Positions 18,627-27,243 are shown, counted from the stretch's first letter. The stretch is 64,000 bases of DNA from Oscillospiraceae bacterium (GCA_047602575.1 JASGGY010000001.1:142413-206412), one strand, 5' to 3'. Translations and numbers: made by a program. The notes: generated by a model from the letters alone, not told the origin.

Positions 18627-19253
18627 ATGTATAGATTATTCAAAGGCGCAGACTGGCTTTTTTTCGATATCGGCTCAACGCTTGTGGACGAGAGCGAAGC
18701 ATATACCCGCAGGCTGCGGGAAGCAATTCGGCACACAGACATTACATATGAACAAATCTCAGGAAAAGCGGAGGAGTTTTACCGCGAGAATAAAAAGGGG
18801 GATCTGGAAGCGCTTGCGTTTTTCGGTCTTGCGAAACCGCCTTGGTATAAAGAAGAGGAGCGGCTTTATCCCGACACCGCCGCGGTGCTGGAAAACTTGC
18901 ACAAGCGCTATAAAATCGGCGTGATTGCCAACCAGTCTGCCGGAAGCGTCGAACGCCTGCACGGGTTCGGGATTGGCGGGCTGATTGATCTTGTGATTGC
19001 TTCCGCAGAGGAAGGCATGGCAAAGCCCGATCCACGCATCTTCCGGCTTGCCCTAGAACGCGCCCACTGCCCGCCGGAACGCGCCGTCATGATCGGTGAC
19101 CGGTTGGACAATGATATTTATCCGGCGAAAGCCCTTGGAATGAAAACGGTGTGGGTGAAGCAGGGCTTTGCGCGGTTCAGTTCGCCGTCAACGGCGGAAT
19201 ACACCGCCGATTTTACGGCGGAAAGCTTGACGGAATTGCTTGCACTGGAATGA
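18627..19253 (+). CDS. HAD-IA family hydrolase
   Basis: 208 aa ORF with WLFFDIGSTLVDE (motif I), IANQS (motif II) and MIGDRLDNDI (motif IV). Confidence 0.7.
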   Translation: MYRLFKGADWLFFDIGSTLVDESEAYTRRLREAIRHTDITYEQISGKAEEFYRENKKGDLEALAFFGLAKPPWYKEEERLYPDTAAVLENLHKRYKIGVIANQSAGSVERLHGFGIGGLIDLVIASAEEGMAKPDPRIFRLALERAHCPPERAVMIGDRLDNDIYPAKALGMKTVWVKQGFARFSSPSTAEYTADFTAESLTELLALE

Positions 19254-19348
19254 AAAATTTGCATTACATGACGGGTGAGGGTATTCAATATGGCAATCAG
19301 CATCCGGTGAAAAATCCGGAGGTTCAAATAAGAAAGGGATGCATTGGT

Positions 19349-20767
19349 ATGTACGATGTAAAATCACCCCGCGCGGCGGAGTTTATCAGCGATGAGGAGG
19401 TGCTGGACACGCTGGATTACGCGTGGAAAAACCGACACAACGACGAACTGGTCTGTCAGATTATCGAGAAAGCAAGGCTGCGCAAGGGCTTGAGCCACCG
19501 GGAAGCGGCGGTGCTGCTCGACTGCGATATTCCGGCGCGCAACGAGGAGATTTTTGCGCTTGCCGAGCAGATCAAGAAAGACTTTTACGGCAACCGCATT
19601 GTCATGTTCGCGCCGCTTTATCTCTCGAATTATTGCGTCAACGGCTGTGTGTACTGCCCGTATCATCTGAAAAACAAAACCATCTGCCGCAAAAAGCTCA
19701 CGCAGGAGGAAATTGAAAAGGAAGTCATCGCCTTGCAGGACATGGGGCATAAGCGCCTCGCGCTCGAAACGGGCGAAGATCCGGTCATCAACCCCATTGA
19801 GTATGTGCTGGAAAGCATTAAAACCATCTATGGCATCAAGCACAAAAACGGCGCGATCCGCCGTGTCAATGTCAACATCGCCGCGACCACGGTGGAGAAT
19901 TACACCAAACTGCGCGATGCTGGCATCGGCACGTACATCCTTTTTCAGGAAACCTATAACAAGGAAACCTATGAGAAGCTCCATCCGACCGGCCCCAAGC
20001 ACAACTATGCCTACCACACCGAGGCCATGGACAGAGCCATGCAGGGCGGCATCGACGACGTGGGCTGCGGCGTGCTGTTCGGGCTGGAATTGTACCGCTA
20101 TGACTTCACGGCGCTGCTCATGCACGCGGAGCATCTTGAAGCCGCGTTCGGCGTCGGCCCGCATACCATCAGTGTGCCGCGCATCCGCAGCGCCGACGAC
20201 ATTGACGCGGATACCTTTGATAACGGAATTAACGACGATATTTTCGCAAAAATCATCGCCTGCATCCGCGTCGCCGTGCCTTATACCGGCATGATTGTGT
20301 CCACCAGAGAAAGCCAGAAGTGCCGCGAGCGCGTGCTGCGGCTGGGCGTTTCCCAGATCAGCGGCGGCTCGAAAACCAGCGTGGGCGGTTATGCCGAACC
20401 GGAAATTCCGGAAGAGAATTCTCAGCAGTTTGACGTTGCCGACACGCGTACCCTTGACGAGATTGTCAACTGGCTCATGCGCATGGGCTATATCCCGAGC
20501 TTCTGCACCGCCTGCTACCGCGAGGGAAGAACAGGCGACCGCTTTATGAGCCTGTTGAAATCCGGTCAGATTCAGAACTGCTGTCACCCGAACGCGCTGA
20601 TGACACTGCTGGAATACTTAGAAGACTACGCGTCAGACGACACGAAACGTATCGGCAGCGAAATGATCCTTAACGAAATCGGTAATGTGCCCAACGAGAA
20701 GGTGCGCAGGATCGTGACGGAGAACATCGAGAAAATCCGCGGCGGGCAAAGAGATTTCAGATTTTAG
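19349..20767 (+). CDS. hydG: [FeFe]-hydrogenase H-cluster maturase HydG (radical SAM tyrosine lyase)
   Basis: Start at MYDVKSPRAAEFISDEEV. Radical-SAM motif SNYCVNGCVYCPY, C-terminal Cys motif FCTACYREGRTGDRF..NCCHPNA, 472 aa. The 5' part of ORF 19151-20767 overlaps the preceding HAD gene. Confidence 0.85.
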   Translation: MYDVKSPRAAEFISDEEVLDTLDYAWKNRHNDELVCQIIEKARLRKGLSHREAAVLLDCDIPARNEEIFALAEQIKKDFYGNRIVMFAPLYLSNYCVNGCVYCPYHLKNKTICRKKLTQEEIEKEVIALQDMGHKRLALETGEDPVINPIEYVLESIKTIYGIKHKNGAIRRVNVNIAATTVENYTKLRDAGIGTYILFQETYNKETYEKLHPTGPKHNYAYHTEAMDRAMQGGIDDVGCGVLFGLELYRYDFTALLMHAEHLEAAFGVGPHTISVPRIRSADDIDADTFDNGINDDIFAKIIACIRVAVPYTGMIVSTRESQKCRERVLRLGVSQISGGSKTSVGGYAEPEIPEENSQQFDVADTRTLDEIVNWLMRMGYIPSFCTACYREGRTGDRFMSLLKSGQIQNCCHPNALMTLLEYLEDYASDDTKRIGSEMILNEIGNVPNEKVRRIVTENIEKIRGGQRDFRF

Positions 20768-20998
20768 GCTGTTAGGGGTTAGGAAACAAGGATTGGGAGG
20801 AGAAGGTTGCTCAACTTCTCCCATTTCACAAACCAAACCATATAGCGTCACAAGGAGTCAACGCGCCCGCCATCCCGTTGAGAACATCTCACTACAACGC
20901 GCGCAACGGGTTTCCAAAGGGGGCATGCCCCCTTTGGTGGGAGAGTCAAGAGGGGGCAAAGCCCCCTTTTGTGGGGTCAGGGGTGAAGCCCCTGCATA
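20764..20998 (-). repeat. composite repeat unit: heptads + variable hairpin + conserved boxes + hairpin stack (arm A2)
   Basis: TTAGGCT GTTAGGG GTTAGGA (20764-20784), hairpin GGAGAAG..CTTCTCC, TTCACAAACCAAA, CAACGCGCGCAA, GGGTTTCC (20908), CCAAAGGGGGCATGCCCCCTTTGG (20914-20937), then two more GC hairpins to 20995. Homologous to 32161-32375. Confidence 0.8.
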
Positions 20999-21023
20999 AG
21001 AGGCAACAAAAGGAGGAAAATAA

Positions 21024-22229
21024 ATGGGGATGAATGAAACGCCGGCGGGGGAGCGCGTGCACATCGGGCTGTTCGGGCGGCGCAATGCGGGGAAGTCAAG
21101 CTTAATTAACGCGCTGACCGGGCAGGCGCTTTCCATCGTGTCCGATGTGGCGGGAACGACGACAGACCCCGTGTATAAAGCCATGGAGCTGCTGCCGCTC
21201 GGACCTGTGATGCTCATCGACACGGCGGGGCTGGACGAGCTGGGCGAGCTGGGCGGGCTTCGCGTGAAAAAAACGCTGCAGGTGCTCAATAAAACCGACG
21301 TGGCGGTGGTGGTCTGTGACGCGCGGGAGGGAATTACCGCGGACGACCAAATGATCATTGACCGATGCAGGGCAAAAAAAATTCCGCTTGTGATTGTGAT
21401 GAACAAGATTGATCTGGCGAGCGGAATTCCCGCGCGGCAGGATGCGGACGCGGTGTTTGTCAGCGCCGCGACGGGCGAGAACATCGCCGCGCTGAAGGAG
21501 AAAATCGCACAGTCTGTCAAAGCCTCCGACGAAAAGTTGCGGCTGGTGGCGGATCTGGTTGCGCCGTCGGACTTTGTGGTGCTGGTTGTGCCGATTGACA
21601 AGGCGGCGCCCAAGGGCAGGTTGATTCTGCCCCAGCAGCAAACCATTCGCGACCTGCTGGAAGCCGACGCGGTGTCGGTTGTGGTGAAAGAATACGAGCT
21701 GCGCGACACGCTGATGACGCTCGGGAAAAAGCCGAGGCTCGTCATCACCGACAGCCAGGTGTTCGCGAAGGTGTCCGCGGACACGCCGCAGGACATCCCG
21801 CTGACGTCGTTTTCGATCCTTTTTGCGCGGTATAAGGGCATGCTGGAGGAGGCGGTGCGCGGGGCGCAGGCGCTTGATACGCTCACCGACGGCGACCGAG
21901 TGCTGATTGCGGAGGGCTGTACGCACCACCGCCAGTGCGACGACATCGGCACGGTGAAGCTCCCCCGCTGGATCGGGCAGCACACGGGCAAAAAGCTTGA
22001 TTTTACGTTCACAAGCGGCGGGGAATTCCCCGACGATCTGTCGTCTTACAAGCTCGTTGTTCACTGCGGCGGCTGTATGCTGGGCGACCGCGAGGTGAAA
22101 TTCCGCACAAAATGCGCCGCCGAGCAGAACATCCCCATCACCAATTACGGCATCGCCATCGCCCATATGCAGGGCATTCTAAAACGCAGCGTCGCCGTTT
22201 TCCCCCACATCGCAGCAATGTTGCCTTAG
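21024..22229 (+). CDS. hydF: [FeFe]-hydrogenase maturation GTPase HydF
   Basis: 401 aa ORF with GRRNAGKSSLINALTG (G1), DTAGLDE (G3), NKID (G4) and the C-terminal cluster-binding CTHHRQC...HCGGC. Confidence 0.85.
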   Translation: MGMNETPAGERVHIGLFGRRNAGKSSLINALTGQALSIVSDVAGTTTDPVYKAMELLPLGPVMLIDTAGLDELGELGGLRVKKTLQVLNKTDVAVVVCDAREGITADDQMIIDRCRAKKIPLVIVMNKIDLASGIPARQDADAVFVSAATGENIAALKEKIAQSVKASDEKLRLVADLVAPSDFVVLVVPIDKAAPKGRLILPQQQTIRDLLEADAVSVVVKEYELRDTLMTLGKKPRLVITDSQVFAKVSADTPQDIPLTSFSILFARYKGMLEEAVRGAQALDTLTDGDRVLIAEGCTHHRQCDDIGTVKLPRWIGQHTGKKLDFTFTSGGEFPDDLSSYKLVVHCGGCMLGDREVKFRTKCAAEQNIPITNYGIAIAHMQGILKRSVAVFPHIAAMLP

Positions 22230-22541
22230 ATAAAACCTATGTCAGGGGGCGCCGCCCCCCGACACCCCCTGCCAAAGGGGGCGTTGCCCCCTCTGGACTC
22301 CCTCACCAAAGGGGGCATGCCCCCTTTGGAAACCCGTCGTTTCAGGGATTATACTTTGTTTTGCTTAACAGATTTGTATTATCGCTGCTACTTTGTGAAT
22401 CTATCGGGGCGCTCGAAAAGGAAGCAAATACTTTGCTCTCAAGAAGAACTGGTTATCGCAGCAATTTTTCAATTTTTCAACAATCTGCCCTCCCAATTTC
22501 TAACGTCCAACCTCTAACATCTAACTTCAAAACGTGACTTC
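22227..22541 (+). repeat. hairpin-stack repeat, long-tail copy ending in inverted heptads (arm A3)
   Basis: TTAGATAAAACC (contains the hydF stop), GTCAGGGGGCGCCGCCCCCCGAC (22241-22263), CCAAAGGGGGCGTTGCCCCCTCTGG, CCAAAGGGGGCATGCCCCCTTTGGAAACCC (22306-22335), a tail with TACTTTGTGAA / GGCGCTCGA boxes, then reverse-complement heptads at 22491-22541. Confidence 0.8.
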
Positions 22542-22623
22542 ATCACGGTAAGAACGGAAAAAACAGGGTATACTAAACGCATAACAGTTCCGGAACTGCC
22601 GGACAAAGAAAGGAAGATGCTTT

Positions 22624-22935
22624 ATGGCGGCAATCACCATTACAAACAACAATTTTGAATCCGAGGTGCTTTATTCTGACAAGCCGGTGCTCCTTGATTT
22701 CTGGGCAAGCTGGTGCGGACCGTGCAGAATGCTTTCCCCCGTGGTGGAGGAAATCGCGGATGAAACCGACGCGGTAAAAGTAGGCAAGGTGAACGTGGAC
22801 GAAGAACCGGAGCTTGCGCGGCAGTTTCAGGTAATGAGCATCCCGACACTCGTCGTGTTCAAGGACGGCAAGGTGGTCAACACCGCAATCGGTGTCAAGC
22901 CCAAGAGTGCGATTCAGGATATGATCAACGTCTGA
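22624..22935 (+). CDS. trxA: thioredoxin
   Basis: 103 aa ORF with the WCGPC active site and a thioredoxin fold sequence. Confidence 0.9.
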   Translation: MAAITITNNNFESEVLYSDKPVLLDFWASWCGPCRMLSPVVEEIADETDAVKVGKVNVDEEPELARQFQVMSIPTLVVFKDGKVVNTAIGVKPKSAIQDMINV

Positions 22936-23019
22936 CCGGCGCGGACGGCTTTCGCAAGGGAAATTCCCGGCAGCGGAAGCCGTTTTCTATTTTCGGAAAA
23001 TGAAAGGGAGGGTTATCGG

Positions 23020-25479
23020 ATGGCAAAGAAGGTTCTCATCGTCGGCGGCGTGGCGGGCGGCGCGACGGCTGCGGCAAGGCTGCGCAGGCTGGATGAAAGC
23101 GCGCAGATCATGATGTTTGAAAAAGGCGGGTACATCTCGTTTGCGAACTGCGGGCTGCCCTATTACATCGGCGGGGCGATCCGCGAGAAGTCCGCACTTA
23201 CACTTCAGACACCGCAGAGCTTCAAGGCGCGGTTCAACGTGGATGTGCGGGTCAACAGCGAGGTTGTTTCCATCGACAAGGAAAGAAAAACCGTTTCGGT
23301 GCGCAATCACGCGACGGGTGAAACCTATGAGGAGCGCTATGACGCACTGGTGCTGTCGCCGGGCGCAGAACCGATCCGCCCGAATCTCGAGGGGATGGAT
23401 TCTGACAAGATTTTCACCCTGCGCAACATCCCCGACACCGTGAAAATCAAGGAATACATCCAGACGCACCGCCCGAAAACCGCGGCGGTCGTTGGCGGCG
23501 GCTTCATCGGCGTGGAAATGGCGGAGAACCTGCACGCAGCGGGACTTTCGGTGTCGCTCATCGAGCTGGCGGATCAGGTCATCGCACCGATTGACTATGA
23601 CATGGCGGGGGATGTCCATCGCCACATCGAGAGCAAGGGCGTTGCGCTTTATCTCGGCAATGCCGTGCGGAGCATTTCCGACAACGGAAAGCAGCTCGAA
23701 ATCGCCCTGGGCAGCGGCATGATTACCGCCGACCTGCTCATCATGGCAATCGGCGTAAAGCCCGACACGAAGCTTGCGAAGGAAGCCGGTCTGGCACTCA
23801 ACGCACGCGGTGCAATCCTCGTGGACGACCATATGCGCACCGGCGCGCCGGATGTCTACGCCGTCGGCGATGCGGTGGAAATCACCGATTTCGTCACCGG
23901 CGAAAAGGGCTTTGTTCCCCTTGCAGGGCCTGCCAACAAGCAGGGCAGGATTGCCGCGGACAATATCTGCGGGTTGGACAGCATTTACACCGGAACGCAG
24001 GGCTCGTCGATTTTAAAGGTGTTTGACTTAACCGTCGCCGCCACCGGCATCAACGAAAAAACCGCCAAGCGGCTTGGGCTGGATTATGAGAAATCCTTCA
24101 CCTATTCCGCCAGCCACGCCAGCTATTATCCCGGTGCGGTGAATATGTCGATCAAGACGATTTTTGAGAAAGCCACAGGCAAGATCCTCGGCGCGCAGGT
24201 GGTGGGCTATGACGGCGCGGATAAGCGCTGCGATGTGCTTGCGACGGCGATCCGCGCCGGCATGACCGCACTGGATCTCGCCCGGCTCGAGCTTTGCTAC
24301 GCGCCGCCCTACGGCTCGGCAAAAGACCCGGTCAACATGGCGGGCTATGTGATAGAAAACATCCTCGCCGGCAGGGAAAAGATTTTCCACTGGCACGATG
24401 TGGAGAAGCTTCCCCGCGACGGCAGCGTAACGCTGCTCGACACCCGCACACCCATAGAATATGCCAACGGACACATCGGCGGCTTTATCAACATCCCGCT
24501 CGACGAGCTGCGCGGGCGGCTGGGCGAGCTTGACAAGAAAAAGCCCGTGTATGTTACCTGCCAGATCGGGCTGCGGGGTTATGTGGCTGCGCGGATTTTG
24601 ATGCAGAACGGCTTTGACGCGTTCAATTTAAGCGGGGGCTACCGGCTTTACAACTCCATTTTCGGTGCGCATCCGCCCAAGCCCGCCGCCGGCATCAACC
24701 CCGAAACCCAGCTTCCCGAGCCGCCGGCGGAGAAGCTCGCAGAAGCTCCCGCAAAGATCGTTTCCGTTGACGCGTGCGGCTTGCAGTGCCCCGGACCGAT
24801 TGTGAAGCTTTCCGCGGCGCTCGAAACAGCGGCGGAGGGCGATGTGGTGGAAATTTCCACGACTGACCCCGCGTTTGCCGGCGACATTGAGGGCTTTTGC
24901 CGGCGCACGGGAAACGAGTTCCTCGGTATCACGAGCGCAAAGGGCGTATCGGCGGCGCGGATCAGAAAAAAGCATGTTGTTTCGGGCGGAACGGCTCAAG
25001 CTGAATCCAAGGACAAAAAGAACATCATTGTGTTTTCCGGTGATCTGGATAAAGCGATTGCGTCGTTCATCATCGCCAACGCCGCCGCCGCGATGGGGCG
25101 CAAGGTGAGTATGTTCTTCACCTTCTGGGGGCTGAACATCCTGCGCCGCGCGGAAAAGGTAAGGGTGCGGAAGAATTTTATCTCGAAAATGTTCGGGATG
25201 ATGATGCCGCGCGGCGCTGGGCGGCTCAAGCTTTCTAAAATGAATATGGGCGGCATGGGAGCGAAGATGATACGCGGCGTGATGAAATCCAAAAATGTCA
25301 GCAGTCTTGAGGAGCTCATTGCCCTTGCGCAGCAAAACGGCGTAGAGCTGATTGCCTGCTCGATGTCGATGGACGTCATGGGCATCACGCAGGAGGAGCT
25401 TCTCCCCGGCGTCAAGCTTGCAGGCGCCGCCGCCATGCTCGCCAACGCCGAAGAATCCGACATGTCATTGTTTATTTAG
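23020..25479 (+). CDS. CoA-disulfide/persulfide reductase-like flavoprotein fused to rhodanese, TusA-like and DsrE-like domains
   Basis: 819 aa ORF with GGVAGGATAAARLRR (FAD), SFANCGLPYY (redox Cys), VTCQIGLRG (rhodanese Cys loop), DACGLQCPGP (TusA CPxP) and a C-terminal DsrE/DrsE-like region (IIVFSGDLDKAIASFIIANAAAAMG..ACSMSMDVMG). Confidence 0.8.
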   Translation: MAKKVLIVGGVAGGATAAARLRRLDESAQIMMFEKGGYISFANCGLPYYIGGAIREKSALTLQTPQSFKARFNVDVRVNSEVVSIDKERKTVSVRNHATGETYEERYDALVLSPGAEPIRPNLEGMDSDKIFTLRNIPDTVKIKEYIQTHRPKTAAVVGGGFIGVEMAENLHAAGLSVSLIELADQVIAPIDYDMAGDVHRHIESKGVALYLGNAVRSISDNGKQLEIALGSGMITADLLIMAIGVKPDTKLAKEAGLALNARGAILVDDHMRTGAPDVYAVGDAVEITDFVTGEKGFVPLAGPANKQGRIAADNICGLDSIYTGTQGSSILKVFDLTVAATGINEKTAKRLGLDYEKSFTYSASHASYYPGAVNMSIKTIFEKATGKILGAQVVGYDGADKRCDVLATAIRAGMTALDLARLELCYAPPYGSAKDPVNMAGYVIENILAGREKIFHWHDVEKLPRDGSVTLLDTRTPIEYANGHIGGFINIPLDELRGRLGELDKKKPVYVTCQIGLRGYVAARILMQNGFDAFNLSGGYRLYNSIFGAHPPKPAAGINPETQLPEPPAEKLAEAPAKIVSVDACGLQCPGPIVKLSAALETAAEGDVVEISTTDPAFAGDIEGFCRRTGNEFLGITSAKGVSAARIRKKHVVSGGTAQAESKDKKNIIVFSGDLDKAIASFIIANAAAAMGRKVSMFFTFWGLNILRRAEKVRVRKNFISKMFGMMMPRGAGRLKLSKMNMGGMGAKMIRGVMKSKNVSSLEELIALAQQNGVELIACSMSMDVMGITQEELLPGVKLAGAAAMLANAEESDMSLFI

Positions 25480-25620
25480 AGGTCAGAAGTCAGAGGCCAG
25501 AGGTCAGAAACGAAAGAGGACTTATGCGCACGCGCATAAGTCCTCTTTATCACAATTTTTAGTATCTCAAGACTGTTCCCTTGTAACTTCTGACTTCTGA
25601 CCTCTGACTTCTGACCTCTA
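25477..25620. repeat. palindromic heptad element filling the whole convergent intergenic region
   Basis: GAGGTCAGAAGTCAGAGGCCAGAGGTCAGAA (25479-25509) and its near-perfect reverse complement (25588-25618, 2 mismatches) flank a near-perfect 36-nt palindrome AAAGAGGACTTATGCGCACGCGCATAAGTCCTCTTT (25513-25548). TAG stops of both flanking genes abut the arms. Confidence 0.8.
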
Positions 25621-27066
25621 ATAGGGCATCGGGAATTCGTTGAGGTAGTCGTCGGTGCTGTCCTGCTCCTGTGTGCCGGAGTTTGAGCCGGAGGATTGCG
25701 GGGAGGCGCTGCTTTCGCCCAGAACAACGTCGAGGTCGATGATTTTATCGTCGCGGTAAACGGATACCTTGATGGTATCGCCCACGCTGAAGGTTTCTTT
25801 GACTTGGTTGAATTCGTCGATGGAATTGATGAGCTTGCCGTTGATGCCGATGACAATGTCGTTGACTTTGATGCCCGCCTTGTCAGCGCCCGAGCCTTCG
25901 GTGACGGACTTGACGATGAAGCCCTGGGGAACATCATAATAGCGGGAGTAAAGCTCGCTGACGTCAACGCCTGCCATGCCGGTGGTGGGTCTGCCCTTGA
26001 CATAGCCGTATTTGATGAGGTCGTCCACAATCGGAATCGCCGCGTCAATCGGGATCGCAAAGCCCAGTCCCTCGCCGTAGGTGGAGGAAACCTTTGCCGA
26101 CGTGATGCCGACCACCTGTCCGTAAGCATTGATCAGCGGACCGCCTGAGTTGCCGGAGTTGATGGGCGCGTCGGTCTGAATGAGGTTCATTTCTCTGTCT
26201 TCAATGGTCAGCTTCCGGTCAAGGGCGGAGATGATGCCGCTGGTGACAGAGCCCTTCAGCTCAAAGCCCAGCGGGTTTCCGATGACGATGGAAAGTTCGC
26301 CGACGACCAGATCAGCGGATTTGCCGAATTCCGCGGCGGTCAGACCGGTTTTCTCGATCTTGATCACGGCGATGTCGGTCTGTGTGTCGCTGCCGATGAG
26401 CGTTCCGGTGAACTCAAGAGATGATTCCCCGGAGTCGTCAGAATCCGCCTCGGCTTCCGCATAGGTGGAAGGAAGCACAACCATAATCGACTGCGCGCCC
26501 TCAACAACGTGTGCGTTGGTGATGATATAGCCGTCCGCGCTCATGATGATGCCCGTTCCCGTCGCCGTGCCGTTGGAAAGCGTGCAGGAAATGCCGACCA
26601 CGGAGGGCGAAACCTTGGTGGCGATGTCGGGAATGCTCATCGCATCCGACGGAGCGGCAAGCTGTTCAAGCGTGGGATAGGTGCGGGTGGAGGTTTCCAC
26701 CGCGGTGTCGCTTACGCTGTTGACGGAGGACTTGCTTGAGGAATCGGTATCGCTGTCCGGCTTGCCGTCTAAGCCGCCGGTGAAAAGCTGGTAGCCGACA
26801 ATCGATGTTGTACCGATCGCGCCCGCGCAAAGCACGGCAACTGCGGCGGTGAAAATTTTCTTGCCGGTTGATTTTTTCTTGCGCGGATCGTTGGGTTCCT
26901 GACCGGGCGGGTAATAGTTGACCTCGCCGTAGCGCGCGTCCGTGCGGCGCGGGTCGGCTCCGTCAAAGCGATAACGGTAAAAGCCGTCGGGCGGGGTCGC
27001 CGGGGTGTTGTCTGTCAAGGGCGTTTCGGCTGACGGATTTATGTTGTTTTCATCAAAGCCATTCAT
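25618..27066 (-). CDS. htrA: HtrA/DegP-family serine protease with PDZ domain
   Basis: 482 aa ORF with an N-terminal TM segment, triad contexts ITNAHVV, TDIAVIKIE and GNSGGPLINA, and a PDZ-like C-terminus. Confidence 0.8.
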   Translation of the reverse strand: MNGFDENNINPSAETPLTDNTPATPPDGFYRYRFDGADPRRTDARYGEVNYYPPGQEPNDPRKKKSTGKKIFTAAVAVLCAGAIGTTSIVGYQLFTGGLDGKPDSDTDSSSKSSVNSVSDTAVETSTRTYPTLEQLAAPSDAMSIPDIATKVSPSVVGISCTLSNGTATGTGIIMSADGYIITNAHVVEGAQSIMVVLPSTYAEAEADSDDSGESSLEFTGTLIGSDTQTDIAVIKIEKTGLTAAEFGKSADLVVGELSIVIGNPLGFELKGSVTSGIISALDRKLTIEDREMNLIQTDAPINSGNSGGPLINAYGQVVGITSAKVSSTYGEGLGFAIPIDAAIPIVDDLIKYGYVKGRPTTGMAGVDVSELYSRYYDVPQGFIVKSVTEGSGADKAGIKVNDIVIGINGKLINSIDEFNQVKETFSVGDTIKVSVYRDDKIIDLDVVLGESSASPQSSGSNSGTQEQDSTDDYLNEFPMPY

Positions 27067-27211
27067 GTAAAAAAAACCTCCTTTGAAAGTTTCGGTTCGT
27101 TTTCTTTGTTCTTTTGTGTGGTTTTGCTATACTCTCATTATACCCCCGAATGTGATAATCTTATGATAACCGCTGGAATTTTTCATGTGTTTGCCGTCAA
27201 AATGCTTTCAC

Positions 27212-27243
27212 GAAAAAAAGCAGAACCGCTTCGGCTCTGCTTT
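27212..27243 (-). terminator. intrinsic terminator of pyrE
   Basis: Minus strand reads GCAGAGCCGAAGCGGTTCTGC followed by TTTTTTT. Confidence 0.7.

Noticed and set aside
19364-20587. 407-aa minus-strand ORF opposite hydG
   Set aside because: It is antisense to a well-supported radical-SAM gene, has no recognisable motifs, and has an Ala/Arg/Gly-rich reverse-frame composition.
20858-22166. Long minus-strand ORFs (384 aa at 20858-22012 and 354 aa at 21102-22166) covering hydF
   Set aside because: They are antisense to a gene with clear HydF GTPase and Cys motifs. Their translations are low-complexity (Ser/Ala/Arg-rich), as expected from the reverse frames of GC-rich coding DNA. They have no SD and extend into the repeat.
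22239-22517. Small ORFs translated from the repeats (for example 20793-20999, 22239-22517, 36679-36861, 40433-40687, 45230-45496 and 52501-52785, with recurring ..KGGMPPLE.. / ..PLWKP.. peptides)
   Set aside because: The peptide similarity follows from the palindromic DNA repeat, which is read in different frames and on different strands in different copies. Frame, start and length are not conserved, so these are non-coding repeats.
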